Source of the DNA: Scyliorhinus canicula
Lineage: Eukaryota
Direction of reading: 5' to 3'
Assembly (NCBI RefSeq): GCF_902713615.1
Contig: NC_052158.1
Span: 106,776,540 to 106,840,539, forward strand
DNA length: 64,000 nt
The notes beneath the pieces were generated by a model. It was not told where the DNA came from. It saw nothing but the letters and a program-made list of their open reading frames with translations, and searched no databases. The position numbers were made by a program, and so were the translations under genes. Below are positions 34,165 through 46,395 of the stretch, one piece after another. Numbering within the stretch: position 1 is the first letter of the stretch; each line of letters starts with the position of its first letter.

Positions 34165-36570
34165 GATTTGATTTTATTTGATTTTATTATTGTCACATGT
34201 ATAAGTAAATAGTGAAAAGTATTGTTTCTTGCATGCTGTACAAACAATGCATACCGTACATAGGGAAGGAAGGAGAGACTGCAGAATCTAATGTTACAGT
34301 TATAGCAAGGTGTAGAGAAAAGATCAACTTAATACGGGGTAGGTCCATTCAAAAGTCTAATGGCAGTAGGGAAGAAGCTGTTCTTGAGTCGGTTGGTACG
34401 TGACCTCAAACTTTGGTATCTTTTTCCTGACGGAAGAAGGTGGAAGAGAGTATGCCCGGGGTGCGTGGGGTCCTTAATTATGCTGGCTACCTTTCTGAGG
34501 CAGCGGGAATTACAGATAGAATCAATGGATGGGAGGCTGGTTTGCCTGATGGACTCGGCTACATTCACGACCTTTTGTAGTATCCTGCGGTCTTGGGCAG
34601 AGCAGGCTCCATACCAAGCTGTGATACAACCAGAAAGAATGCTTTCTATGGTGCATCTGATGGTCGTAGCTGACATGACAAATTTCCTTAGTCTTCTGAG
34701 AAAGCAGAGTCCTTGGTGGGCTTTCTTGAAATGAAAATCGCTTATTGCCACAAGTACGCTTCAATGAAGTTACTGTGAAAAGCCTCTAGTCGCCACATTC
34801 CAACGCCTGTTCAGGGAGGCTGGTATGGGAATTGAACCGTGCTGCTGGCCTGCCTTGGTCTAATTTAAAAGCCAGCTATTTAGCCCAGTGTGCTAAACCA
34901 GCCTCTCGCTAAACCAGCCCCTAACTATAGTGTCGGCATGGGGGGGGGGGGGGGGGGCAGGACAGGCTGTTGGTGATCTGTACACCTAAGAACTTGAAGC
35001 TCTCGACCCTTTCTACTTCGTTCCCATTGATGTAGACAGGGGCATGTTCTCCACTACACTTCCTGAAGTCGATGACAATCTCCTTCGTTTTGTTGACATT
35101 GAGGGAGAGATTATTGTCGTTGCACCAGTTCACCAGATTCTCTATCTCATTCCTGTACTCTGTCTTGTCATTGTTTGAAATCCGACTTACTACGGTGGTG
35201 TCATCAGCAAATTTTAAAATCAAGTTGGAGGGGAATTTGGCCACACAGTCATAGGTGTGTAAGGAGTACAGTAGGGGCTGAGGACACAACCTGTGGGGCA
35301 CTGGTGTTGAGGATGATCGTGAGGGAGTTGTTGTTGCCTATCTTTACTGATTTTGGCCTGTGGGTTAGAAAATTCAGGATCCAGTCGCAGAGGGAGGAGC
35401 CAAGGCCAAGGCCACGGAGTTTGGAAATGAGTTTAGTAGGAATGATGGTGTTGAAGGCTGAGCTGTAGTCGATAAATAGGAGTCTGACATAGGTGTCTTT
35501 GTTATCTAGGTGTTCTAGGGTAGAGTGTAGGGCCATGGAGATGGCGTCTGCTGTCGACCTGTTGCAGCGGTCGGCGAACTGTAGTGGATGAAGGCAATTC
35601 GGGAGGCTGGAGTTGATTTGTGCCATGACTAACCTTTCGAAGCACTTCATGATGGATGTCAGGACCACTGGACGATAGTCATTAAAGCACGCTGCTTGAC
35701 TTATTTTGGTACAGGGATGATGGTCATCTTCTTGAAGCAGATAGGGAATCAGATTGTTGCAAAGAGAGGTTGAAGATGTCTGCGAATACCCCCGCCAGCT
35801 GATCCGTGCAAGACCTGAGTGCTCGTCCGGGTACCCCATCCGGGCCAGTGGCTTTCCGTGGGTTGACCTTTGAGAAGGCTGCTCTGACGTCTGCAGTGGT
35901 GATCTCAGATACCAGTTCATCCGCGGCTTCTGGGGTGGAGGGCTCGCTCTCGCTGACCTCTTGCTCAAAGCGGGCATAGAATGCGTTGAGCTCATCAGGG
36001 AGGGTTGCGTTGGAGCCGACGATTTTATATGCCTTCATCTTGTAGCCTGTTATGTCTTGCAGACCTTGCCATAGATGGCAGGGATCCGTGTGGCTAGCCT
36101 GGGACTCGAGCTTGGTCCAGTACTGTCTTTTGGCATCTTTGATGGATCTCCTTAGATCATATCTGGCTTTCTTGTAGAGGTCAGGGTCACCTGACTTGAA
36201 TGCCTCAGACCTAAACTTCAACAAGCAGCGGATATCCCTATTCATCCAGGGTTTCCGGTTGGGAAACACGCGAATTTGCTTCTCTGGCACAGTTTCTACA
36301 CACTTACTAATGAAGTCAGTTATTGTAGTGGCGTACTCGTTCAGGCTGGTCGCAGAGTTTTTAAATACTGACCAGTCCACTGACCCTGAGCAGTCCCGGA
36401 CGAGATCATCCGATTCCTCAGACCAACAATGCACAACTTTCTTTGACGGATTCTCCCGCTTCAGTTTTTGCTTATAAGCCGGGAGCAGGAGCACAGCCTT
36501 GTGGTCAGATTTTCCAAAGTGTGGGCGGGCGATAGAGCGGTAGGCATGTTTGATATTTGTGCAGCAGTGT
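34165..36570 (-). mobile_element. Rex1/Babar-type LINE copy 2 (5'-truncated)
   Basis: ORFs 35724..36623 (PHFGKSDHKAVLL; KATGPDG), 35249..35995 and 34921..35301 (LKFADDTT). About 93% identical to copy 1 in a hand-aligned 180-bp block. Confidence 0.92.
34729..34921 (-). mobile_element. SINE family C inserted in Rex1 copy 2
   Basis: Absent at the equivalent site of copy 1 (ctttcttaactatag, ~3462). Confidence 0.85.
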
Positions 36571-36668
36571 ATATAATGGAGCATTGCGATAAAGTATTCC
36601 AAATAATATATAAATGGCAACAAAATATTTGCACCATCACAGTTGTATTTGGTTTTGCTTTTTGCTAG

Positions 36669-36764
36669 GGGCCAGGATTTCTATCTGAAGCACATCAGAT
36701 TCACAGTGCATCGATGATGGAGGCCATAGATCCCTTCTTTAATCTTCATGAAACTGTTGCTAAG
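36669..36764 (+). CDS. NAALADL2: Internal coding exon (96 nt, phase 0-0) of N-acetylated alpha-linked acidic dipeptidase-like 2
   Basis: Acceptor ttttgctttttgctag|G and donor AAG|gtaaga. The only open frame gives GPGFLSEAHQIHSASMMEAIDPFFNLHETVAK, colinear with recalled human NAALADL2 GPSFLSEARFSTRATKIEEMDPSFNLHETITK (about 18/32 identical). Confidence 0.88.
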
Positions 36765-37789
36765 GTAAGAAGATTTCTCACTGTCTGGAAGCTAAAAGAC
36801 TAAGGCCATTCTAGAAACATGGTTCACCATATATGAACTAGTAAAGCGTGTGTTTCCATAATATAGCAGTCTATACATATTGAGATGTGCTGTGTGTTTT
36901 TGATGTACCGTACCAAATCATTTGCTTTAATTTTTAGACTTCTTGATCAGTATGTTTCATTTTAAAAGGTGATTGTTTGAATGCAGTTATAGATATATTG
37001 TAAATCCCTCCTTAGGTTTACAGGCATTAGTCACTTCTATAACTGGTCCAATCATTTTTCTTTTGAATGGATTGGCTCTGAGTATTACTCAGGGAGGCGA
37101 CTATCGTATCTCCAATTAAGAGCTGGACCAGACACTCGTGATTCCTGCATGTACATTTCTTTTTCTCAAGGTAAACTGAAGAAATATTTGGTGAAATGAG
37201 ACATGATTTAAATCATGAAGGTGCTTTGTTTCCCACCAGTTAAGCATATAGAACAAGAATTAAAATCAGATGCAATTATTTCCAGCAATACACCATTGGC
37301 GTGATCTAAAGGAAAAGTTTCTAAGTGTGGTAGCGACCCAGCGAGACTGTCACCCATATGTAACTTTAATTAGGGCACTTACTGACTGTCCCACCAGCTG
37401 ATTTGCCTGGAACACGCTCAGCTCTTATACCGATCCTGCAGAGCAAACGGCAGACAGCATGCAGCCATGCCACTGCACAGACCAGCCCCATGTTCCGGTG
37501 ATGCCGATCTGGCCCGACTGTTGGAGGCGGGTTGTTTGCAGGTGCATGAATTGATATAGTCAAGCCGACACTGTATATTTTCAATATGGTATTCCTTTAC
37601 TTGTCTCTGCTGTTGCTACTAGTGTTCGTGATCTGAAGTGCACGGGGTTCGGTATATGGCAGTACAGGGCATCCTTAATCGAGTAATGTACAAAGAAAAA
37701 GTGATTGTTGAAATATTCACTAATTTTGGACAGGAGTAATACTTGAAGCACCATAAACAAATAAAGAGCCTATTGGTGATATTGAAAGA

Positions 37790-37890
37790 AAGAAATACTT
37801 GCAATTCCATAGTGCTTTTCATGCTCTCAGGCCACCCTAAAACATTTTGTAACTAATAAAGTACTTTTGAATTGCCCCTCTTGTAATGTA
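37790..37890 (-). mobile_element. DeuSINE (SacSINE1/AmnSINE1-like) tail fragment
   Basis: Reverse complement resembles the tail at 52120-52222. Confidence 0.5.
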
Positions 37891-38013
37891 CTGTTGAGCC
37901 CCTTGGGCTCTGTACTCTTCCAAGAGATTAAACAGTTATGTATCAAACAAACACTCTGCATTGAACTAATAATTCAACACGATTTTAGTCACTGAACTTA
38001 CATCAAATACACT

Positions 38014-38748
38014 GGGCGGAATTCTTCTCTCCCCACGTGGCGTGGGAGAATCGTGGGAAGGCCTCCCGACATTTTTCACGCCCCCCTGGCGCCCCCAGCG
38101 ATTCTCCTCTTTCCCCCCCCCCCCCCCCCCCCCCCCGGCTCGGAAAAATCGCCGCTCGCCGTTTTTCACGGCGAACGGTGATTCTCCGAGCCCGATGGGC
38201 CGAGCGGCCGGCCCTTCACGCCCGTTTCAACATGGCAGCAACCACACCTGGTCGCTGCATTCGTGAAATGGGCGCCAGATGCCCGTTTGGGGCATCTAGG
38301 GGCCCAATTGGCATGGGAGCACCACGACTGTGCTCAGGAGGGGACAGGCCCGCGATCGGTGCCCACCTATCGCGGGCCAGCGTCCAAAACGGACGCACTC
38401 TTTCCCCTCCGCCGCCCAGCAAGATCAAGCCGCCACGTCTTGCCGGGCGGCTGAGGAGAAAGACAGCCACCGCGCATGCGTGGTTCGCGCCGCCTGCGCG
38501 ATGAAGTCATCCGCGCATTCGTGGCTTGGAACCGGCAACCCACACATGCGCGGATGACCTCACAAATGCGCCGTTTTGCGCATCATTTCCGGCGAGACGA
38601 GGTCGCGGCCGGGAAAGACGGAGGCCCACTCCTAGCCCCCCGGGTGGGGGTGAATTAGATGCGGGGAGCGGGCCCCGAGGCCGTCGTGAACCTCGGCCGA
38701 TTTCACGACGGCCATCCCGATTTTTATCGGGAGCGGAGAATACCGCCC
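38014..38748. mobile_element. PIF/Harbinger-type MITE
   Basis: TIRs gggcggaattct and agaataccgccc with 3-bp TSD ACT. Confidence 0.88.
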
Positions 38749-39019
38749 ACTATGTATTCAAATCTAATGCTACACAAATGATCACAATATTCCTCAAGGA
38801 AGCAGCTTCAGACATAATTAGATTGAATTGAATCAGCCAAATTCTTCTTGGAGGTCTGTTCTGTTCACCGAGCCTTCACTCAAGGTCCTTCTGGTGTGAG
38901 GTGGGGCCCATGGGTCATCGCTAATAAACTGGCCTCCGATCTCTGATTCTTGTACTTTTTTGACCTGTGTCACAATAGCCAATTTGCGAAATCATATAAT
39001 GACGAGCTAAACCATTTGA

Positions 39020-39260
39020 GTGTTATTGCTTGAGGAATAAATAATGGCCAAGGCACAGGCTTTAACTCCCCTGTTCCTCTTTGAACAGTGCCTTGGGATA
39101 TTTTACACACTGAGAACACAAGACTGGGCCTCGATTTAATATTTTGTTCAAAGGACAACATCTTTGATAGTGCAGCATTCTGTCAGTACTGCACTGGAGT
39201 ATCAGCATAGATTACTTTGCTAAATTTTCTGAAGAGGATGTGAATGACAACGTTCTGCCT
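39020..39260 (-). mobile_element. DeuSINE (SacSINE1/AmnSINE1-like) fragment
   Basis: Reverse complement gctgatactccagtgcagtactga..tgctgcact..aaatcgaggccc..ggcactgttcaaagaggaacaggggag resembles the Deu domain. Confidence 0.7.
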
Positions 39261-39639
39261 CATTATGCCAGTGTTTTTTTTATTGTTAAAATGAATTAAG
39301 GAAGAAGAAAAAAATGCTCCATTAAATCTTGAAGACTAATCATGCAATTTAGCTGTCAGCTGTGGCAATTGTATGGAGTCATTAATACATGAATTCATGG
39401 TTGGTAAAGAGTCTATAATATGGATTCCTTGTAATGCAGAGTAGCAGTTAACAATAAATACACCTGCACCAATTTTAAATGTGTTGCTTGCTTTGAATTT
39501 AAAATGGAGCTGTTCCCACATGCATTAACATACTCCAGATAAAGAACTTGTAACATTTGGGTTCACAGAATGAAAAAGTTTTTAAACAAACACTGAGTAT
39601 AAAGTGCATGGAAGGTGGATGTCGAATGGAGCAATGCCC

Positions 39640-41335
39640 TTGCTGCTCCTGATTGTGGCGCACTTTCACACCTATGTCTGGAAAACTCTAACACAGGTGG
39701 GTGCAAAGTCTCTGGCCCATCAGTAGTTCTGGGGGAGCTACTTCACTCACAGCATGCGGAGTGGTCATGTCACGAAACGAGCCAGCCTCATGTCCGGCGA
39801 TCCTGAAGACTGTTCTGGAGGCCCTCTTTAAATGTTTTCACCGCTCTCTCCGCTATACCACCATTGGGTGTTCTGGGCCGGTACGAATGTGCCACACCCC
39901 ATTTGCCTTCAGAAACCCAGAGAACTCCTCACTCCTTAAAGGAGTGCCATTATCAGTGACGAATACTTCAGGGAGGCCGTGCATACACAAAGACGAACAT
40001 TACTTCTCAATAGTGGCCCGGGACGTGATTCCCACCATCAAGCCATTTCAAATGGGAATCCGTCAACAAGAAGAACATGGACCCCTGAAACGGACTGGCA
40101 AAGTTGGCATGCAACTGCGCCCACAGCGAGCCTGGTCATTTCCAATGATGCAGCGCTGTGGCCAGCAGGAGCTTCTGACGCTCTTGGCAAACGGAACATT
40201 GTTGGGCATCTTCTCAATGTCTGCATCCAAGCCCGGTCACCGTACGGAACTGCACGGCAGCAGTTTCATCATGAACCCGTCTTTTAAAAAAAATGCCCAC
40301 TTCGGAGGTCTTTCAAGATTAACTTCTTCCCTCTTTCTAGGCCAACTACATACGTTTCCCACTGCAGGACACCATCCTCCACACTGAACTTAGATAGCTT
40401 GGAGGAAAACACCCTTAACTCAACTGGGTGCTATCGATCCTGTCCACCGTACAAAACTACGTGCTGAACTTTGGATATAATCAGGTCTGTCTGGTTCCAC
40501 TCATGGATCCGCGATGTCATGGCAAGCAAGGAATCCATGAAATTCAGAGCCGTGACTACCTTGATAATCCTGGGGTCAATAAAGGGCCAGTCGACAAAAG
40601 CAACCGGCTCAGTGCATTAGCGATTTGAGCCCCCAGCCTATGTTCGAAGGAATACTCGGAGGCAGCAAATAACAAGGCCCAGCGCTGGATCCACACGGAG
40701 GCATTGGCTGGAATTGCCATATCCGCCTTGAAAAGTCCGAGCAAAGGCTTATGGTCAGTAACAATAATTAAGTGGCGGCAATAGACATATTGGTGAAAAC
40801 GTTTCACCACAATGACCACCAGACCTTCCTCCTCGTTCTGTGCGTACTTCCTTTTTGCTTCAGCCAATGTACGGGGGACAGTTCAGCAGAATGGCCCCAA
40901 TACCATAGGGGGACGCATCACATGTGACTAGTAACAGTTTGGCGGGGTCGTAATGGGTCAGTAACCCGGAAGACGACAACTGTTTATTTACCGCCAAAAG
41001 GCTGTTTCCTGCTGCTGGCCCAGGCCCACATGTTATTTCCTTCTGAAGAATGTGTAAGGGGGCCAATGTGGTCGCAAGGTTTGAGAGAAACTTCCCGCAA
41101 TAGTTAGCAAGCCCAAGAAAAGAGTGAAGTTGTGAGGTGTCCATCAGGATGGGGGCCTGCTGGATGGCGGGCACCTTCTCCGCAATAGGGTGCAAACCTT
41201 CAAGATCCACCCGATAACAGTGGTTGATCATCTCCCTCGCATGAAACACAGACTTCACGCACCGTAAGCAGACACCAGCCTCAGAGAATCTCATGAACAC
41301 AGCCTCCAGGGTTTCTTGGTCAGAGGCTCCTATGA
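39640..41335 (-). mobile_element. Second Gypsy-type pol remnant (RT end, RNase H, integrase)
   Basis: SFLGLANYCGKF, CDASPYGIGA, TDHKPLLGLF, IQRWALL and DNGTPF on the minus strand. Confidence 0.85.
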
Positions 41336-41767
41336 AGCCCATTTGGGGCTTGTAGGTGGCCTAGAAAGGAAAGAGCACCACGACTGTGCTCGGGAGGGGA
41401 CAGGCCCGCGATCGGTACCCACCGATCATCGGGCCGGCGTCCAAATCGGATGCACTATTTCCCCTCCGCCGCCCCGCAAGATCAAGCCGCTACGTCTTGC
41501 GGGGCGGCTGAGGGGAATGACGGCCACCGCGCATGTGCAGGTTCGTGCCGTCAGCGTCAACCTGCGCATGCGTGGCTGACGTCATTAGGCGTGCCTACCG
41601 CGTCATTCTCGGCGCGACGCCCCTGCGGCCGAGATTTACGGAGCGCCGCTCCTAGCCCCACCGGGAGGGGAGAATAGGGGCGAGGAGCGGCCTCCGAGGC
41701 CGTCGTGAAACTCAGCCGAGTTCACGACGTCCCTCCCGATTTTTCCCAGGAGCGGAGAATTCCGCCC
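41336..41767. mobile_element. Half Harbinger-type MITE (38014 family)
   Basis: Homologous to 38280-38748. Right TIR cggagaattccgccc. Confidence 0.8.
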
Positions 41768-42689
41768 TTAATGTCTGGGTCTGCTGGGTATGTAAGGCTC
41801 TGTACCACTCCGAATGTATGCATGCCACAGGCAGTTAGCAAGATGACTACCTGGCAGTTATCTGGTGAAATTGTTGCCCTGGAGAACGTAATGCATCCTC
41901 TGTGCATACTGATTCTAATCTTCCAGTTCTCATTCATACACGTCCAAATGTCCAAAAAAGGCATGATGAAAGGGAATTTCAAACCTGCATCTGATAGAGA
42001 TTGAGAGGTGGCTCAGCAGCATCAATAGCTATCCAGTCTTTACCCTCATCGCCTGTCTGGTAAGGGCCATGAAGAATCCACACCGAGTTTGTTGAAACAA
42101 AAACTTATTTCATTTTACAACTATCATATACAGTTCCAGTAATTCCCTACTAGGTCTTCTCTAGTCGGTACCTCACTGGCCAACTATATTTACACATAGC
42201 CAGACATTGTTAAATGTTCATGATGATGGGCAGAGGGGCAAGGAGATGGCTGAAGAATATGAACAATTGAAGGCAAAGGAAAGAATCAGAGGGGGGAAGT
42301 TGGAGCCCGACAAGACTGCATGAAACACAGACAAACACGGGGGCCTAAAAGGTTCCAGGGAGCGGCTGCACAAAGACTCCAAAATGTGGGATAGGGATCT
42401 GTTGGTGTGGCACATTGGAGGGGTGGGATGGAAGAGAGCAGGAATGTCCAGCACCGCAGCTCCAGAATCCAGGGCAATCACAAAGGACAAGGAACCCCAT
42501 TGCCCAGGAAGCAACAGCGAACTATAATTCTAACTTTTTGCTTTAACAGTGCAACTTAATAGACTCACATCAAATTTTCCCAAAGCTACATAGTGGAAGG
42601 CAGCAATGCATCCTTGGAGAGTGAAAGCTATGGTGAAGGGGGAAGAGCTGCATCAATTTTGCCATCCCATCAGGGAAGGGGTGTCAATT

Positions 42690-43300
42690 AATGCTGTTCA
42701 TCAATGGCCAACTGGATTCCATTCATTCTATAAACATTCCTCTAGACGAGAATAGCCAGGCTCAGAGACTCATGGGCTTCGCAGTCATCTTGGACTTCCC
42801 AAGCGTGCAGAGAGCAATAGGCAGCACTGATATGGCTACCCGGGCTCCCTGGCAGCAGTCCTTGATGTTCATTAACACAAGGGCTTCCATTCCGTCAATG
42901 TGCAGTTGGTGTGTGACCATCCCAAGCATATTCTGCATATGGTGGCATGGTTCTCTGGGTGTTTCCATGATTCCTAAATCCACAGACAGTCCCAGGTGCC
43001 TACGATCTTTGAGGGGTTAGAAAATCTGTGGGGTGGTTGCTTGGGAATAAAGTCTACCCACTTAAACACAGGCTGATGACTCCAGTACATCGCCCTCAGG
43101 CTCCAGCCGTGGAAAGGTTCAATGTTACTCACGTCACCACATACTCCCTCATAGAGCAGATCATAGGACCTCTGAAGGTGTGATTCAGATGCATGAACCT
43201 CTCAGGTGGCTCTCTGCAGTATGAACAGAAAGGGGTTTGCCCCATTATTACAGTTTCTATGCCCTTCACATCTGACCATTGCAACAATCCAAACCAAAAT
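42690..43300 (+). pseudogene. HARBI1-like Harbinger DDE transposase remnant
   Basis: Motifs as above, with frameshifts and mutated catalytic Asp positions. Confidence 0.85.
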
Positions 43301-43619
43301 GCTTTCATCTGACCATAACATTCACATATCCATGGAATAGTTTTCAGAAAGTGTGATTTATTTACAGTGATAGAGCACTCATGGCCCTGAGGTGATATCA
43401 AAACTTTTTAATTTTCCTAACCCTACCACTACACCTTGGTACAGCCCTAACATCTGCAGCAGGGCGTAGGCAACCTGCTACCTGTTACATCCTGATGCCT
43501 ATTATGATCTTGGTGAATATCCTCTGGTGGTCTGAGCTCTGAAGGAGCCTGGTCTCATGAGGATCTCCTGCTCAAGGTCAGAAGCTCCCTTGGTGGCTTG
43601 TGCTGCTGGGGTTGGCGCG

Positions 43620-44440
43620 CTCACAGGCAGAGGGGACTCTGAGCAGCTGTGCACACCCTTGGGGTATTCTGATGGAGGTCCCCGGAGTGTCCAGATGGCA
43701 CTCATCATCCCTGTGGGTGCCAGAGGGCCCCAGCATGATTCCTGCAGGAGATGGGGTATTTAAAGAGAGGTCAAGTTTCCTCATCCCGATGTGGGCTACA
43801 TACTGATGGTACCCACCAGGGCGGATGACAATGGAGTGCAGGGCCGAGCACAAATCGAGCAAGACCTGCTGGACCAAGGTTTCCATGGCAAATGCCAAGC
43901 TTTCCATGGAGGCCTCGAGGTGCTTGCATGTTCGAGCCAGAACAGCAGACAGAACGCAGACAATCCCTCCATCGTGTACTCTAGTCTACTGAGACTATTG
44001 AGGCTCTGTCCAATGTTCTACTGTCTGCCTTTGTATCTCTGCCAGTGATCTGGAGCTGCTTCCCGAGACCCATCATCTGTCTGGAACTGAGCAGGCGGCT
44101 GGTCTCCAGCAGATCTCCGAGTACCGAAGACTTAGACTGTCCCTGCCTCCAACTGCTGCAAGGAAGTGTCTGTGAGATGTTCTCCAGAAAGTGACCCCGA
44201 ATCTCTCCTTGAACTCTGCCCCATCGAGATGTGTGTCTCTGCATTGACGAGGGGTACAGGGTAGCCCACATAGGGATGAGGAAACTTGACCTCTCTTTAA
44301 ATACCCCATCTCCTGCAGGAATCATGCTGGGACCCTCTGGCACCCACAGGGATGAAGAGTGCCATCTGGACACTCCGGGGACCTCCATCAGAATACCCCA
44401 AGGGTGTGCACAGCTGCTCAGAGGCCCCTCTGCCTATGAG
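43620..44440. repeat. 180-bp inverted repeat pair (43620-43799 and 44261-44440)
   Basis: The same peptide MEVPGVSRWHSSSLWVPEGPSMIPAGDGVFKERSSFLIPMWAT appears in + and - ORFs. Confidence 0.95.
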
Positions 44441-45964
44441 GCCGCCTCATCCTCAAATGTGCTCCAGGGGCTCGGAATGCTGTTCAGCTGGCTAGCTGGC
44501 CGCCGCCTGCTGGCATCTGAAAAATACAAAACTACAGTTTTCGTGGATGAGCTGAAGCTAATTTAGAGTACATTGCACTCAGAGTGAATTGCAGGATTGG
44601 GTGAAGTGATGGAGCTGAGATCCATACTAGGTTGTTGGGAGAGGCCAAGCTCTGCATTGCTATGGGAACGATCTCTTTCCCCGCTGATGAGCTTTGCTGC
44701 AGCCTCCTTGAACTCTGTTCTTCACTAGAGTGCCATCTGAACTCTTGAACCCTCCCCTGTTCTGGGCTTGCTCGTCCTGGCTGTGCCTGCATTTGGCCTG
44801 TATGAAGACAAAAGAAAGAGATTGTGATCAGAGGGGATGCATCAGGGGTTGGGTGAAATGCATTTCCCATGTGTGTGGTGTTCCCTACACAGGGGTTGGA
44901 GGAACAGATGGAATGGTGGTGTTGTGAAAGTTGTGTTGAGAGAGTAAGTGTTGATATGTATCTTCACGACTGAATATGTGAGATTCGTGAAGAGAGGGGC
45001 TATTTGAGTTCATGATGCCATGCTGAGAGTTTGATAGTGGAGGGAGCTGAGAGGAATTACCCCTTGCTGAGCAAATGAGATTGTTCACCTGCTTCCTGCA
45101 CTGTGTGGCACTTAATGAGCAGGTGTCAGCTGCACTGACCTCCTGGGCAATGGCCTTCAAGATCAGAGAGGTGCGATTGGCGTGCTTCGAGCACATGGGT
45201 AAAGCACATGCCTGTGGGTCTAGACTCATCGAACAAGGGCACCAAGGGCCTTGACATTGAAAGAAGGTTCTGTTGCTTTCTTGAGGCTACTAGCATTCTG
45301 GTGAAGACAGGTGGGCTGGAGCGAGTGATATAAGTGTGCTGGACTGGCAATTAAATATGGGGCTGACGCTAAGGGGATAAATCAGCTGCCAGCCCACCAG
45401 GTAATTTGCGGAAAACTCGTCTGTGCATAGTTAATGTGCCTCAAAGTGCAGAATATGGCGCGGGATCCTGCCATTCTGGCCAACAGGAAAGGTGCTGCCA
45501 GAACTGCCCACCTCTGCACAGTCTCAAAATGGAGAATTTCGCCCATGGTGTTTTTTAATGCTCTATGTTTTTCAGCAATGCCTAAACCTTTCATTTCAGT
45601 CATCCATTCAGTTGCTTATCTTGGAACATTTGGATTTGGATCATATAAAAAGCTGAATGGGAAACTACTACCAACACTGGAAATCTATTTAGGATGTCCC
45701 GGGATTCTTCCCCATTTCTGCCACCTGCCCTGCAAGCTAGCATTCTTCTTTATCCTGTTCCACACTAAAACCATTTTTTCTCCTCACCCTCTATACTACT
45801 GCCCCCAGCTAGTGAACTACCCGCCACTCCTGACAGTTCCCCCTATTCCTAACAGGAACCTGTAGCAGTAATCAGTGGAGAGAAGCCAGGAACTAAACTA
45901 AGAGGGGTCGATGGGAGTGGGCGAGGGAAAGCCTCACATATGTACTGGCTTGGATACCTTAAGT

Positions 45965-46395
45965 CAGGGGTGGGCAAACTTTTCCGTGCAAGGGCCACAT
46001 TCAGAAATTCACAATTTTAAAGGGCCGCATAGTATATTAATTAATAGTCCCGGTTGTAACCAATTAGCGTGCGGCATATACCTCAGCGCTTCCCCCGGCG
46101 GCATCCTGCCTTTAGCCCTCTTTTTCTCTACTTTTCAAAAATGGCGCTTCACCCGGTTATGATTCTGCGCGCCTCATATAGAACATAGAACAGTACAGCA
46201 CAGAACAGGCCCTTCGGCCCTCGATGTTGTGCCGAGCAATGATCACCCTACTCAAGTCAACGTATCCACCCTATACCAGTAACCCAACAGCCCCCCCCCC
46301 CTTTTTTTTTTTTTTAATGACTTGATCTTGGTGGGCCGCATAAAGACCTTTGGCGGGCCGCATGCGGCCCGCGGGCCGTAGTTTGCCCACCCCTG
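45965..46395. mobile_element. hAT (Charlie-like) MITE
   Basis: Perfect 16-bp TIR caggggtgggcaaact with 8-bp TSD ccttaagt/ctttaagt. Confidence 0.9.

Larger units (their letters stand above)
42480..45544. mobile_element. Decayed autonomous PIF/Harbinger transposon (transposase on +, Myb/SANT-like ORF on -)
   Basis: + strand: FPSVQRAIGSTD, KGFHSVNVQLVCD, HDS, GWLLGNKVYPL, IEQIIGPLK..FRC..SGGSLQY. - strand: AIAQEVSA..TQCRKQVNNL. Right TIR ggagaatttcgccc. Left boundary approximate. Confidence 0.85.

Noticed and set aside
38014-38748. CpG-island promoter or GC-rich ORFs (also 19980 and 49486)
   Set aside because: Bounded by TIRs and 3-bp TSDs, so these are MITEs. The ORFs arise from stop-poor GC-rich sequence.
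42690-43300. Host HARBI1 gene
   Set aside because: Frameshifted, catalytic residues mutated, and paired with a Myb-like ORF and a TIR. This is a transposon fossil.
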